The translations under genes were made by a program, and so were the position numbers. DNA of 64,000 nt, taken from positions 307,578 through 371,577 of the forward strand of contig ONDM01000006.1 of assembly GCA_900316585.1 (NCBI GenBank), read 5' to 3'. Below are positions 18,851-28,358 of the stretch, piece by piece. This DNA is from an uncultured Prevotellaceae bacterium (GTDB lineage Bacteria; Bacteroidota; Bacteroidia; Bacteroidales; Bacteroidaceae). Within the stretch, counting starts at the first letter, position 1, and each line of letters starts with the position of its first letter. The notes under the pieces are model-generated. The model searched no databases, was not told the origin of the DNA, and saw only the letters and a list, made by a program, of their open reading frames with translations.

Positions 18851-20881
18851 ATGAAAAAAGGTATTTTGACAGGATGCGTTTTGTTTCTTTGCATTTCAGC
18901 GAATGCTCAGAAAGTTGACAAGGATCTTCGCTTGCAGGAAGTGGAGGTTACGGCAAAACGTCCCTTGAAAAATACTGGCATAGAGAAAACCCAACTAGAC
19001 ACGTTGGTGCTTCATGATAATATAGCTCTTTCCATGGCTGATATCTTGCAGCAGAGCTCTACCTTGTTTATCAAAAGCTATGGTAGAGCTACGGAATCCA
19101 CGGCAGAGTTCCGAGGCACATCTCCAAGTCATACGCAAGTGACATGGAATGGTATGAAAATCAATTCTCCTATGATTGGTACAGTGGATTTCAGTACTAT
19201 TCCTGCTTATTTTATTGATGAGGCCAATCTGTATCATGGTGCGTCCAGCATCACGCTGAGTGGTGGTGGCTTAGGTGGTGCAGTGGAACTGAACAGCAAG
19301 CCTGCCCGTGAAGATGGATTTAACATTCAGACAATTTGGGGATTGGGTTCTTTTGGCACACGTGACCAGTTCTATCATGTTACATATAAGAATAATCGCT
19401 GGAACCTTTCAACCCGTTTTGTGGATTCCCGTGCAGATAATGATTACAAATACACCAATTACGACAAAATGGTGGATGTACGTGATGATGTTGGGAACAT
19501 TATTCGTTCCTATCATCCGGTGGAGAAGAACAAAAGCGGCTATTTTCATGACACTCATGTCATGCAAGATATTTATTATACGTTGAGCAATGGTCACAAA
19601 ATGGGTGGCTCTATTTGGTATACCCAGACAAAGCGAGGACTGCCTTTCCTTAGCGTGGATTACAAAGACGATACGGATTTCACCAATGAACAGAATCATC
19701 ATACTTTGCGAGGTGTGTTGAGCTGGGACTGGAATAATGAGTTATGGAAAGTAGGGGCAAAAGGTGGCTATACCTACAATGATGTGGCCTATGATTATTT
19801 CACAACTCGTAGTGGGGAAAGAAACGATATCACTAGCTCTCAAAGCTATACCAACACTTATTTTGGCGAACTGAATGCGGAATTCATTCCTAGTGCCAAG
19901 TGGGTTTTCAGTGCAGATCTGACTACCTATTATCATCATGTGAAAAGTGCTGACAGGAGTCCATTCCATATCGGTGATAATTTTAATATCGGACGTCCTG
20001 AGTATACGGGTAGTGTCTCTGCCCGTTGGAGACCTTATGAGCCCTTGTCTTTTGCAGCAGTTGTCCGTGAGGAAATTTATAAAGATGATGTAGTACCTGT
20101 GATACCTGCTTTCTTTGCGGAGTATGTGGCTTACAAACCGTTGAATTTGGTTCTGAAAACGAGTGTTGCCCGAAATTACCGTTATCCTACATTGGACGAC
20201 CTTTATTTCCAACCTGGTGGAAATCCGGAGTTAGGTCCGGAAAGAGGTTTTACCTATGATTTCGGTGCAGAATTCAATTACATTCGTCCTTTCGGTAATA
20301 TAAAAGGAAATGTGTCTTTCTTTGATTCGCATATTAAAGACTGGATTTTGTGGACTCCTAATACCCGTGGTTATTGGGAACCCAGCAATGTAAAAGAGGT
20401 TCATAATTACGGAATAGAGGCAACCATGAGTTCTGTGTATAAAATTAATAAAGAATGGAATGCGGAACTGATGGGACATTTCTCTTGGACTCCATCAAAG
20501 AACATGGGTGAACCAATGAATTCCAATGATGAGAGTTATGGTAAGCAACTCTGTTATGTACCTGTCTATTCTGCTGGTATAAATGCACGCATCCGTTATA
20601 AGTCTTGGATGCTCAACTGTAAATGGAATTTCTATAGTGAACGTTTCACCACTACCAGTAATGAGGTAAACTACATCACGGGCAAGCTGGAGCCATATTA
20701 TATGACAGATATCAGTTTGGAGAAGTCATTCAAAGCAAAGTTCTTCCATGCCAGTATTAAACTACAGGTAAACAATCTATTCGATAGAGAGTACGTCACT
20801 GTTCTTTCTCGTCCGATGCCCGGTCGGAATTTTGAAGTCTTTATTGAGCTGAAACCTTTGCTGAAGAAGAAACGTTTGTGA
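18851..20881 (+). CDS. TonB-dependent outer-membrane receptor (small, BtuB/FepA-size, not SusC-like)
   Basis: Signal peptide and a TonB-box-like LQEVEVTA. Plug motifs (FRGTSPSHTQVTWNGMKIN) and beta-barrel repeats are present, with a near-terminal RNFEVFIELK strand. Confidence 0.9.
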   Translation: MKKGILTGCVLFLCISANAQKVDKDLRLQEVEVTAKRPLKNTGIEKTQLDTLVLHDNIALSMADILQQSSTLFIKSYGRATESTAEFRGTSPSHTQVTWNGMKINSPMIGTVDFSTIPAYFIDEANLYHGASSITLSGGGLGGAVELNSKPAREDGFNIQTIWGLGSFGTRDQFYHVTYKNNRWNLSTRFVDSRADNDYKYTNYDKMVDVRDDVGNIIRSYHPVEKNKSGYFHDTHVMQDIYYTLSNGHKMGGSIWYTQTKRGLPFLSVDYKDDTDFTNEQNHHTLRGVLSWDWNNELWKVGAKGGYTYNDVAYDYFTTRSGERNDITSSQSYTNTYFGELNAEFIPSAKWVFSADLTTYYHHVKSADRSPFHIGDNFNIGRPEYTGSVSARWRPYEPLSFAAVVREEIYKDDVVPVIPAFFAEYVAYKPLNLVLKTSVARNYRYPTLDDLYFQPGGNPELGPERGFTYDFGAEFNYIRPFGNIKGNVSFFDSHIKDWILWTPNTRGYWEPSNVKEVHNYGIEATMSSVYKINKEWNAELMGHFSWTPSKNMGEPMNSNDESYGKQLCYVPVYSAGINARIRYKSWMLNCKWNFYSERFTTTSNEVNYITGKLEPYYMTDISLEKSFKAKFFHASIKLQVNNLFDREYVTVLSRPMPGRNFEVFIELKPLLKKKRL

Positions 20882-23390
20882 CAATTCTCAAAATTTCCGG
20901 GACAATAAAGACAAGTGATGTGCTACCGATAATAATCAGCCATTGCTGGATACTTAATGGATGAACGGTAAACATCTCACCTCCGAAACTCACGATGAAA
21001 ATCTGACCTAGTAAAATTATAGCGGTAATTAGCCAGAATCCTTTGCTGAAGGAACTTTTCAGATTGTGATGTATTATATCCAGGACAAGTGAACTGTCGG
21101 TGTGAAAATAGCGTACGTTGAACAGATTCCAGAATTGCAGCATTACAAACCAAGTAAAGAATTTGCTATGTTCCTCTAATGAGAAATGCGCATAGTGAGT
21201 CCACATATAGAGAAGGAAGGCGGTGAAAAGCAACCCACCTAAAAGTATATATTTCATCATGCCTTTATCAATGATATGGCTATTTACCTTTCTTGGAGCT
21301 CTATCTAGTTGTCTAGGGTCAGCAGGGAGGGAACTTAATGCCATGGCTGCAAAAGTGTCCATAATTAAGTTCACCCAAAGCATTTGTGTTACAGTAAGTG
21401 GAGATTCTTTTCCCCAAAAAGCTCCAACCAGTACAATGATGCAGGCACATAGATTGATAGTCATCTGGAACACGATAAAGCGTTTGATGTTCTGATACAG
21501 GGAGCGTCCGAACATGATGGCTTTATTTATACTTGAGAAAGAATTGTCCAAGATGGTAATGTCGCTGGCTTCCTTTGCTCTTGCTGTTCCACTGCCCATG
21601 GAGAGTCCAATTTGTGCTTTGCTCAAAGCTGGTGCATCATTAGTTCCGTCACCTGTGACTGCTACCACTTCACCAGTTTGTTGCAGCAGGGTAACCAGTC
21701 TTGCCTTGTCTTCAGGACGTGCTCGGGAAATAAGCTTGAAGTTAGGATTCTTGACCAGTTTGATGGCATCTTCGTCAGAAAGAGCTGCGAAATCAGGACC
21801 GGTAATGATTACGGCATGATCATCTACCAGACCTATTTGTCGTCCGATTTCGGCTCCTGTAAGTGGAGAGTCTCCTGTAACAATGATGACACGTACTTTG
21901 GCTCTGTCTTTACAGGTGTGAATTGCTTCCTGAACATCATCCCGAAGGGGATCAGCAATGCCTACAATGCCAATGAATACGTTGTCTACGGCAAATCCTA
22001 GAGTACGATATCCTTTTTGCTGATAGCTGGATAAAGTTCTGAGAATATCTTCTTTTCTTTTATGTCCGGCAATCCACTTACACATGCCCAAAATGCGTTC
22101 TGGTGCACCTTTATAATAGCTCACGGAACCATCTTTTGTCTGAATGGTAGTTTCCATGTATTTGTATTCAGTGGAGAATGGCTTCCTGGATAGGATTACA
22201 GCATGTTTGCGCATGTTGTAATAGTCTTTCTTCTCTTTGTGAAGCCATTTTAGGAGCGCACCTTCTGTAGGGTTGCCAATGACTTTTATTTTTCCATTGT
22301 CAAACTCTAAGTCTGCAGTACTGTTTAGTGCCATGCTATGGTAGATCAGTTCTTTGTCGTCAGTGTAGAACTGTGAATCCACTACAGTCATCTGGTTTTG
22401 TGTTAATGTACCGGTTTTGTCTGTACAGATGACAGTTGTTGCTCCCATAGTCTCACATGCATGTAGTTTCCTGACCAGGTTATTTTCCTTTAGCATCTTG
22501 CGCATGCTGAGGGCTAAACTTACAGTAATGCTCATAGGTAGACCCTCAGGAACTGCTACAACAATCAAAGTGACAGCAAGCATTATGCTGTTCAAGATGT
22601 ATTGAAGGGTATGGATTATGTCTTGATTATCACCCATATCTGTTATGAAATAAATCATCATTCGACCGATGATAATCAGAATGGCGATAATCATGCTGGC
22701 TTTAGATATCCAGGAACCTAGTTGGTCAAGCTGCAGGTTTAATGGAGTCTTGACATTTGTACCTTCACGAGTTTTCTTAATGCCTTTTCCCTCTTCAGTA
22801 TCCAGTCCAATAGCAGTAACTTTCATTAAAGCAGTACCTTCCAAGATAGTGGATCCTCTTAGCAGGAAATTAGAAGGGTAGGTTGCTTCTTTGCTGAATA
22901 AAGCTTTATCTGTAGTTTTGTTAGCCCATGGTTCCCCTGTGAAATTGGATTCGTCTACTCGCAGAGAAATAGAGCGTATAAGTATACCATCGGCAGGGAT
23001 TTCATCACCACTTTCCAACTTGACGATATCACCAACTTCTACGTCGCATTTTGGAATTTCCGTAATGTGCTGCTCATCTGTGCCATCTACATTTCGGAGT
23101 ACCTTGACGGGGACAAAATCATTGACTGTATTAAGAATTTCAAACTCCTTATTAGCTTTGACTTCAAAAATAAACCCAATGCCTGTAGCTAAAATTAAGG
23201 CAATGAATACACCTAAAGGTTCAAGCATTGTCTGGTAGCTTGAACCATGTATAATTTCATAAATGCTGATGCAGACTGAAAAAATGAAGACAATGAGAAG
23301 AATTAAAATGATGGGGTCTTCAAATTTTTCAAGATAGCTTTTCCAAAGTGGTTTCCGTTCTGGTGGTGGAATAATATTTTGTCCTTTCAT
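20841..23390 (-). CDS. P2-type Ca2+-transporting ATPase (PMCA/SERCA-like)
   Basis: Motifs VAVPEGLP, CTDKTGTLT and TGDGTNDAPAL, with 10 predicted TM segments. The ATG at 23390 is preferred over the tracked TTG at 23420. TAACTTTG boxes lie upstream on the minus strand. Confidence 0.9.
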   Translation of the reverse strand: MKGQNIIPPPERKPLWKSYLEKFEDPIILILLIVFIFSVCISIYEIIHGSSYQTMLEPLGVFIALILATGIGFIFEVKANKEFEILNTVNDFVPVKVLRNVDGTDEQHITEIPKCDVEVGDIVKLESGDEIPADGILIRSISLRVDESNFTGEPWANKTTDKALFSKEATYPSNFLLRGSTILEGTALMKVTAIGLDTEEGKGIKKTREGTNVKTPLNLQLDQLGSWISKASMIIAILIIIGRMMIYFITDMGDNQDIIHTLQYILNSIMLAVTLIVVAVPEGLPMSITVSLALSMRKMLKENNLVRKLHACETMGATTVICTDKTGTLTQNQMTVVDSQFYTDDKELIYHSMALNSTADLEFDNGKIKVIGNPTEGALLKWLHKEKKDYYNMRKHAVILSRKPFSTEYKYMETTIQTKDGSVSYYKGAPERILGMCKWIAGHKRKEDILRTLSSYQQKGYRTLGFAVDNVFIGIVGIADPLRDDVQEAIHTCKDRAKVRVIIVTGDSPLTGAEIGRQIGLVDDHAVIITGPDFAALSDEDAIKLVKNPNFKLISRARPEDKARLVTLLQQTGEVVAVTGDGTNDAPALSKAQIGLSMGSGTARAKEASDITILDNSFSSINKAIMFGRSLYQNIKRFIVFQMTINLCACIIVLVGAFWGKESPLTVTQMLWVNLIMDTFAAMALSSLPADPRQLDRAPRKVNSHIIDKGMMKYILLGGLLFTAFLLYMWTHYAHFSLEEHSKFFTWFVMLQFWNLFNVRYFHTDSSLVLDIIHHNLKSSFSKGFWLITAIILLGQIFIVSFGGEMFTVHPLSIQQWLIIIGSTSLVFIVPEILRIVTNVSSSAKVSAQ

Positions 23391-23479
23391 CTGGGAAGGT
23401 TTTCTTTTATTTTTTGGCAAAGTTACTGAATTGTTTTATTTTTGCAAAGTTATTTTAGAGATTTGATATCAGATAAGGT

Positions 23480-24484
23480 ATGAAGGTTATTAAAGCTATT
23501 TTTACTCTATTCTTCTTGTTATTATGTTTGAGTAGTAAAGCGCAGACTCAAATCAAATTGAAATTTGCAACGCTTTCAGAGGCACAGTCTTTTATATCTG
23601 CAGATGATCATTATACAAAGGGCTTAAGTCCTTTTGATATTGATTCTAGAGTGGGTAAGGTAAATTCTACAGTTCAGGAACTGAAAGAACTTCAGAAGGC
23701 AGAGTGTAGAGAATGGTTCCAATCCGAAATTGATACCATCTACAAATCTTTCAAAATAATAGAGCAGCGTTTAGTAGAAGGAGGCTATAATATCCCACTT
23801 CCCACGGAAGTTGTTATGATAAAGACGACTATGCGTGAAGAGGGTAATGCGGGAGCTTATACTCGTGAGAACCAAATTTATGTGGGATCTGGTGTTGTTG
23901 GTCTCAGAAAAATGAGAGATGGCACAGAACTCCCTATACCATCAGCAGAATCCCTTTGTTCTTTGATGGCTCATGAACTTTTTCATGTTCTGACTCGAAA
24001 TAATTTGAATTTTAAGTCTGCTATGTATCGTATTATAGGGTTTACTCGTCTTGAGAAAGAGATACAGTTCCCAGATGATGTTCTGACTTTGCGTATTTCT
24101 AATCCGGATGTAAGTTGCTATGATAGCTATGCCAATATCACGGTAAATGGTGTTAAGCAGAATTGCACAATGATTAATGTGGCAAACAAGGCTTATGAGG
24201 GAGGTTCTTTTTTCCGGTACCTAAAAGTTGGTTTTATTCCATTGGATAATAATTTCACTCCTATAGTGAAGGATGGTAAAACGGTCATTTATGATTTGGA
24301 TGATGCTACTGATTTCTATAACCTTGTTGGCCGGAATACAGGATATGTGATAAACCCTGAAGAGTGTCTTGCTGATAATTTCTCTATTGCGGTGAACGGG
24401 TTTCAACCTAGTCCACGTCGTCAGGAACTTCCCAATCCGGAAATCGTAGAAAAGATTCGTGAAGCCTTGAAAATCAGATATTAG
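23480..24484 (+). CDS. secreted hypothetical protein with an HExxH motif (possible zinc metallopeptidase)
   Basis: Signal peptide …CLSSKAQ and a single MAHELFHVLTRNN motif. I recognised no family. Confidence 0.45.
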   Translation: MKVIKAIFTLFFLLLCLSSKAQTQIKLKFATLSEAQSFISADDHYTKGLSPFDIDSRVGKVNSTVQELKELQKAECREWFQSEIDTIYKSFKIIEQRLVEGGYNIPLPTEVVMIKTTMREEGNAGAYTRENQIYVGSGVVGLRKMRDGTELPIPSAESLCSLMAHELFHVLTRNNLNFKSAMYRIIGFTRLEKEIQFPDDVLTLRISNPDVSCYDSYANITVNGVKQNCTMINVANKAYEGGSFFRYLKVGFIPLDNNFTPIVKDGKTVIYDLDDATDFYNLVGRNTGYVINPEECLADNFSIAVNGFQPSPRRQELPNPEIVEKIREALKIRY

Positions 24485-24492
24485 CAGACTTC

Positions 24493-25368
24493 CTACATGG
24501 TATCTCTGAATTCTGAAGGATTCACATTGACCATTTTCTTGAATAGGGCACTAAAATACTCTGGATTCTTGAACTTCAGTTGATAACTTATTTCTTTAAT
24601 TGGAAGTTCAGAGCTTCGTAATAATTCCTTTGCTCTGTGCAATTTCAAACTGATGTAATACTTGGCAGGAGATAGCCCTACATATTTTTTGAAGACTCTT
24701 CTGAAGGTTGTATAGCTTAGATTTAAGCGTTTTGCCACATCCGGCATATTTAAATCATCTTCTATATGATCTTGCATGTAGGTTCTTGCGCTTCTGATAA
24801 CTTCTGGAGTTTCTTTCTCTCCAGACATGGAATAGTTTTGGTTAATCATAAACAGCAATCCCAATAAGTGGTTCACTATTCCAGCGAGTAATTGTTGGAA
24901 AAACGCATCTTGACGGGTAGCTACGTCAAGTGCCTGTTTATATAAATCTACAATGGTACTGCTCTTACCTATTTTATATACTGGGTGATCAGGAGAAAAG
25001 AATCCAGCCTGCACGCGTGCATCGATGTTCACACCTCTAAATCCTATCCAGTATTCATCCCATCCTATTTCTTTCAATGGGTAATAAGTATGCCATTTTC
25101 CGGGAAATAGCAGGAACATGTTTCCTTCTTCTATCTGGAATTCCTGTCCTTGGTCATTTTTTAACAATCCTCTGCCTTTTGTTATATATAGAAGTTGATA
25201 TTCCTGTAAAAGCCGTCCTTTTTGTGGATTGAACATATGTTCTTGGTTATGATAGCTAGGAGGGTAGTTCTCACCGGGTTTGATGCTTTGGTATCCTACT
25301 GAACAGACTACTAATCCCCAAAGATAATCACGTTCATTTTCTGTAATATATTTAATAGGTTTGTGCAT
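24493..25368 (-). CDS. rhaR: AraC-family rhamnose-responsive transcriptional regulator
   Basis: N-terminal cupin-like sugar-binding half and C-terminal dual HTH (…LSPAKYYISLKLHRAKELL…). The gene is divergent from the rhamnose catabolic genes. Confidence 0.8.
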   Translation of the reverse strand: MHKPIKYITENERDYLWGLVVCSVGYQSIKPGENYPPSYHNQEHMFNPQKGRLLQEYQLLYITKGRGLLKNDQGQEFQIEEGNMFLLFPGKWHTYYPLKEIGWDEYWIGFRGVNIDARVQAGFFSPDHPVYKIGKSSTIVDLYKQALDVATRQDAFFQQLLAGIVNHLLGLLFMINQNYSMSGEKETPEVIRSARTYMQDHIEDDLNMPDVAKRLNLSYTTFRRVFKKYVGLSPAKYYISLKLHRAKELLRSSELPIKEISYQLKFKNPEYFSALFKKMVNVNPSEFRDTM

Positions 25369-25455
25369 AATATATTATGAATTAGATATAGGATAATAAT
25401 TAGATTTAGGTTTATTTTGCAATATTAGTTATTTTTATTGTAATTTCATTTTGAT

Positions 25456-25553
25456 TTGGTCATTAATTTATTGTTTCTTGGTCAAAAAACATAGGTTTGC
25501 TTAAAATAATTGCATTTTGGACAAATCTAACATCCTTTTGGTCAAAAAACATA
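25456..25553 (+). promoter_or_regulatory. putative RhaR operator: two pairs of direct TTGGWCA half-sites
   Basis: TTGGTCA occurs at 25456 and 25478 (22 bp apart). TTGGACA at 25517 and TTGGTCA at 25538 are 21 bp apart. A 16-nt exact repeat TTGGTCAAAAAACATA occurs at 25478-25493 and 25538-25553. The proximal site ends 24 nt before the -7 box TATCTTTG at 25577-25584. Confidence 0.65.
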
Positions 25554-25611
25554 AGAGAATTAGTAACTATATACATTATCTTTGCAATGTAATCTAAAAT
25601 TGAATAGTACT

Positions 25612-27075
25612 ATGAATTTCTTTGCAGTTGATTTAGGTGCAACTTCTGGCAGAACTTTATTGGGCTCCTTGACTGAGAATGGTTTGGAACAGCGTGAGTT
25701 AACACGTTTTGCCAATACTATAATTCAGGTAAACGGTCATTATTTCTGGGATATCTATGCACTTTACAATGAAATTATTAAAGGTTTGAAAAAAGTAGCT
25801 GAAGAGGGAATAACCATTCAGTCTATTGGTGTCGATACTTGGGGCGTTGATTTTGTCTGTGTCGGTAAGGATGGACAACTTTTGGGTAATCCATATAGCT
25901 ACCGGGACCCACATACTTTTGGAATCATGGAAGAGTATTTTAAATTGGTTCCAAAAGAAAAAGTATATGAAAAGACTGGTATTCAATTCATGAATTTCAA
26001 TAGCTTATTCCAATTGGCAGCATTGCGAAAAGAAAAAAGCTCCATATTGGAAGCAGCTGACAAAATACTTTTCGTTCCAGATTGTCTAAGCTATATGTTG
26101 ACGGGGAAGATGGTAACGGAATATACCATAGCTTCAACCAGTCAAATCCTGAATCCTGTAACAAAGGAATTGGACAAGCATTTATTAGATGCTATTCATG
26201 TTCGCCAAGATCAGTTTGCTCCTATTGTATTCCCAGGAACTCAGGTTGGCGTCTTGACACCAGAAATTCAGCAGATAACTGGATTGGGAGCTGTTCCTGT
26301 CATTGCTGTGGCTGGACACGATACAGCTTCTGCTGTAGCATCTGTTCCTGCAATGAATGCTAATTTTGCTTATCTTAGCTCTGGAACTTGGAGCCTGATG
26401 GGAATAGAGGCTAACGAACCTATTATTAATGAAAAGAGTTATGAGGCTAATTTCACTAATGAGGGTGGAGTAGAGGGAACTACCCGTTTCCTAAAGAATA
26501 TATGTGGCATGTGGCTGTTGGAACGTTGCCGAAAAGAATGGAAAGAGAACTATGATTATGGTTCATTGATTGAAGCTGCTATGAAAGTTCCTGCATTCCA
26601 GAGTCTGATTAGCCCAGATTCTCCATGTTTTGCCAATCCAGTCAGTATGATTGAAGCCATTCAGAATTATTGTAGGGTAACAGGTCAATATGTTCCTAAG
26701 ACTTATGGGGAAATCACTCGTTGTATTTTTGATAGTCTGGCACTACGTTATCGTCAGGTCATGAATCTTCTTCGTGATATGGCAGGATTTCCTATTGAAA
26801 GATTGCACATTATTGGTGGTGGCTCTCGTAATCAGCAGTTGAACCAGTTTACTTCAAATGCTGTGAGTATGCCTGTTACAACAGGCCCAGTGGAAGGTAC
26901 AGCGATTGGTAACATCATGCTCCAAGCCAAGGCTGCAGGTCTAGTAAATACAATTGGTGAAATGCGCCAGCTTATCGCTAATTCTATTGAGACCCAAGAA
27001 TATTTGCCTCAGGATGCAGAGCTTTGGGACAAAGGATATGAGAAATATTTGAGTGTTTATAGAGAAGATATTTAA
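25612..27075 (+). CDS. rhaB: rhamnulokinase (Bacteroides rhaK)
   Basis: FGGY-kinase N-terminus FAVDLGATSGR. The tracked TTG start at 25582 lies inside the -7 box, so the ATG at 25612 is used. Confidence 0.9.
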   Translation: MNFFAVDLGATSGRTLLGSLTENGLEQRELTRFANTIIQVNGHYFWDIYALYNEIIKGLKKVAEEGITIQSIGVDTWGVDFVCVGKDGQLLGNPYSYRDPHTFGIMEEYFKLVPKEKVYEKTGIQFMNFNSLFQLAALRKEKSSILEAADKILFVPDCLSYMLTGKMVTEYTIASTSQILNPVTKELDKHLLDAIHVRQDQFAPIVFPGTQVGVLTPEIQQITGLGAVPVIAVAGHDTASAVASVPAMNANFAYLSSGTWSLMGIEANEPIINEKSYEANFTNEGGVEGTTRFLKNICGMWLLERCRKEWKENYDYGSLIEAAMKVPAFQSLISPDSPCFANPVSMIEAIQNYCRVTGQYVPKTYGEITRCIFDSLALRYRQVMNLLRDMAGFPIERLHIIGGGSRNQQLNQFTSNAVSMPVTTGPVEGTAIGNIMLQAKAAGLVNTIGEMRQLIANSIETQEYLPQDAELWDKGYEKYLSVYREDI

Positions 27076-27102
27076 TTAGAAAAACAATTTAATAATAAAA
27101 TT

Positions 27103-28356
27103 ATGAAAGAAGAATTAGTTAAAAAAGCGTATGAAGTAGCAAAAGAGCGTTTTGCTGAAATTGGTGTAGATACAGAAAAGGTATTGGCTCAGTTGCAAGA
27201 TTTCCATTTGTCAATGCATTGCTGGCAGGCAGATGATGTGAAGGGTTTTGAAGTCCAAGCAGGTTCACTCAGTGGTGGTATCCAAAGTACAGGTGATTTC
27301 CCAGGGGCAGCTCGGAATATTGATGAACTCCGTGCTGATGTATTGAAGGCAAAAACTTTGATTCCTGGTAATCATCGTCTGAATTTACATGAAATCTATG
27401 GTGATTTTAAAGGTAAAGTTGTGGATCGTGATGAAGTAACCATAGATTATTTCCAGAGTTGGATTGATTGGGGTAAGGAGACAAATACCAAGTTGGATTT
27501 CAATTCAACATCATTCTCTCATCCTAAGAGTGGTAATCTCACTTTGTCTAACCCTGATAAAGGCATTCGTGATTTCTGGATTGAGCATACCAAGCGTTGT
27601 CGTGATATCGCAAATGCAATGGGTGAGGCTCAGAATGATCCTTGTATCATGAACCTTTGGGTACATGATGGCTGCAAGGACCAAAGTGTAAATCACTATT
27701 TGTATCGTAGTTTGCTGAAGGAATCATTGGATGAGATCTTTGCTAAGAAACAACCATGTATGAAGGATACTATAGAAGGTAAGGTTTTTGGTATCGGTTT
27801 GGAAAGCTTCACTGTAGGTTCACATGATTTCTATACTGCTTATGCAGCTTCCCACAATATGATGCAGACTATTGATACAGGTCACTATCATCCATCAGAA
27901 ATGCCTGGTGATAAAGTTAGTGCTTTATTACAGTTCCTTCCAGAACTGATGCTGCATGTTAGTCGTCCTGTACGTTGGGATTCTGACCATGTAACCATCA
28001 TGGATGATCCAACTCAGGATTTATTCTCTGAAATTGTTCGTGCTGGTGCTTTGAATCGTGTACATTATGGTTTGGACTTCTTCGATGGTTCTATCAATCG
28101 TATTGGTGCTTATGTTATAGGTTCCCGTTCAGCACAGAAATGTATGCTTCGTGCACTTCTGGAGCCAAAGGAGCGTATTTCTAAGTTGGAATTGGCTGGT
28201 GAAGGTTATAAAGTACTGGGCCTCATAGAGGAACAGAAGGGTATGCCATGGCAAGCTGTTTATGATGAGTTCTGCGTACGCAATAATGTTCCTGTAGGTG
28301 AGGACTATATGAAGGAAATTGATGCATATGTGGCAGAAGTAATTTCTAAGCGTTAA
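27103..28356 (+). CDS. rhaA: L-rhamnose isomerase (Bacteroides rhaI)
   Basis: Length of 417 aa and typical RhaA motifs (HCWQ…, DTGHYHPSE). Its position in the rha operon also supports the call. Confidence 0.9.
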   Translation: MKEELVKKAYEVAKERFAEIGVDTEKVLAQLQDFHLSMHCWQADDVKGFEVQAGSLSGGIQSTGDFPGAARNIDELRADVLKAKTLIPGNHRLNLHEIYGDFKGKVVDRDEVTIDYFQSWIDWGKETNTKLDFNSTSFSHPKSGNLTLSNPDKGIRDFWIEHTKRCRDIANAMGEAQNDPCIMNLWVHDGCKDQSVNHYLYRSLLKESLDEIFAKKQPCMKDTIEGKVFGIGLESFTVGSHDFYTAYAASHNMMQTIDTGHYHPSEMPGDKVSALLQFLPELMLHVSRPVRWDSDHVTIMDDPTQDLFSEIVRAGALNRVHYGLDFFDGSINRIGAYVIGSRSAQKCMLRALLEPKERISKLELAGEGYKVLGLIEEQKGMPWQAVYDEFCVRNNVPVGEDYMKEIDAYVAEVISKR

Positions 28357-28358
28357 TT

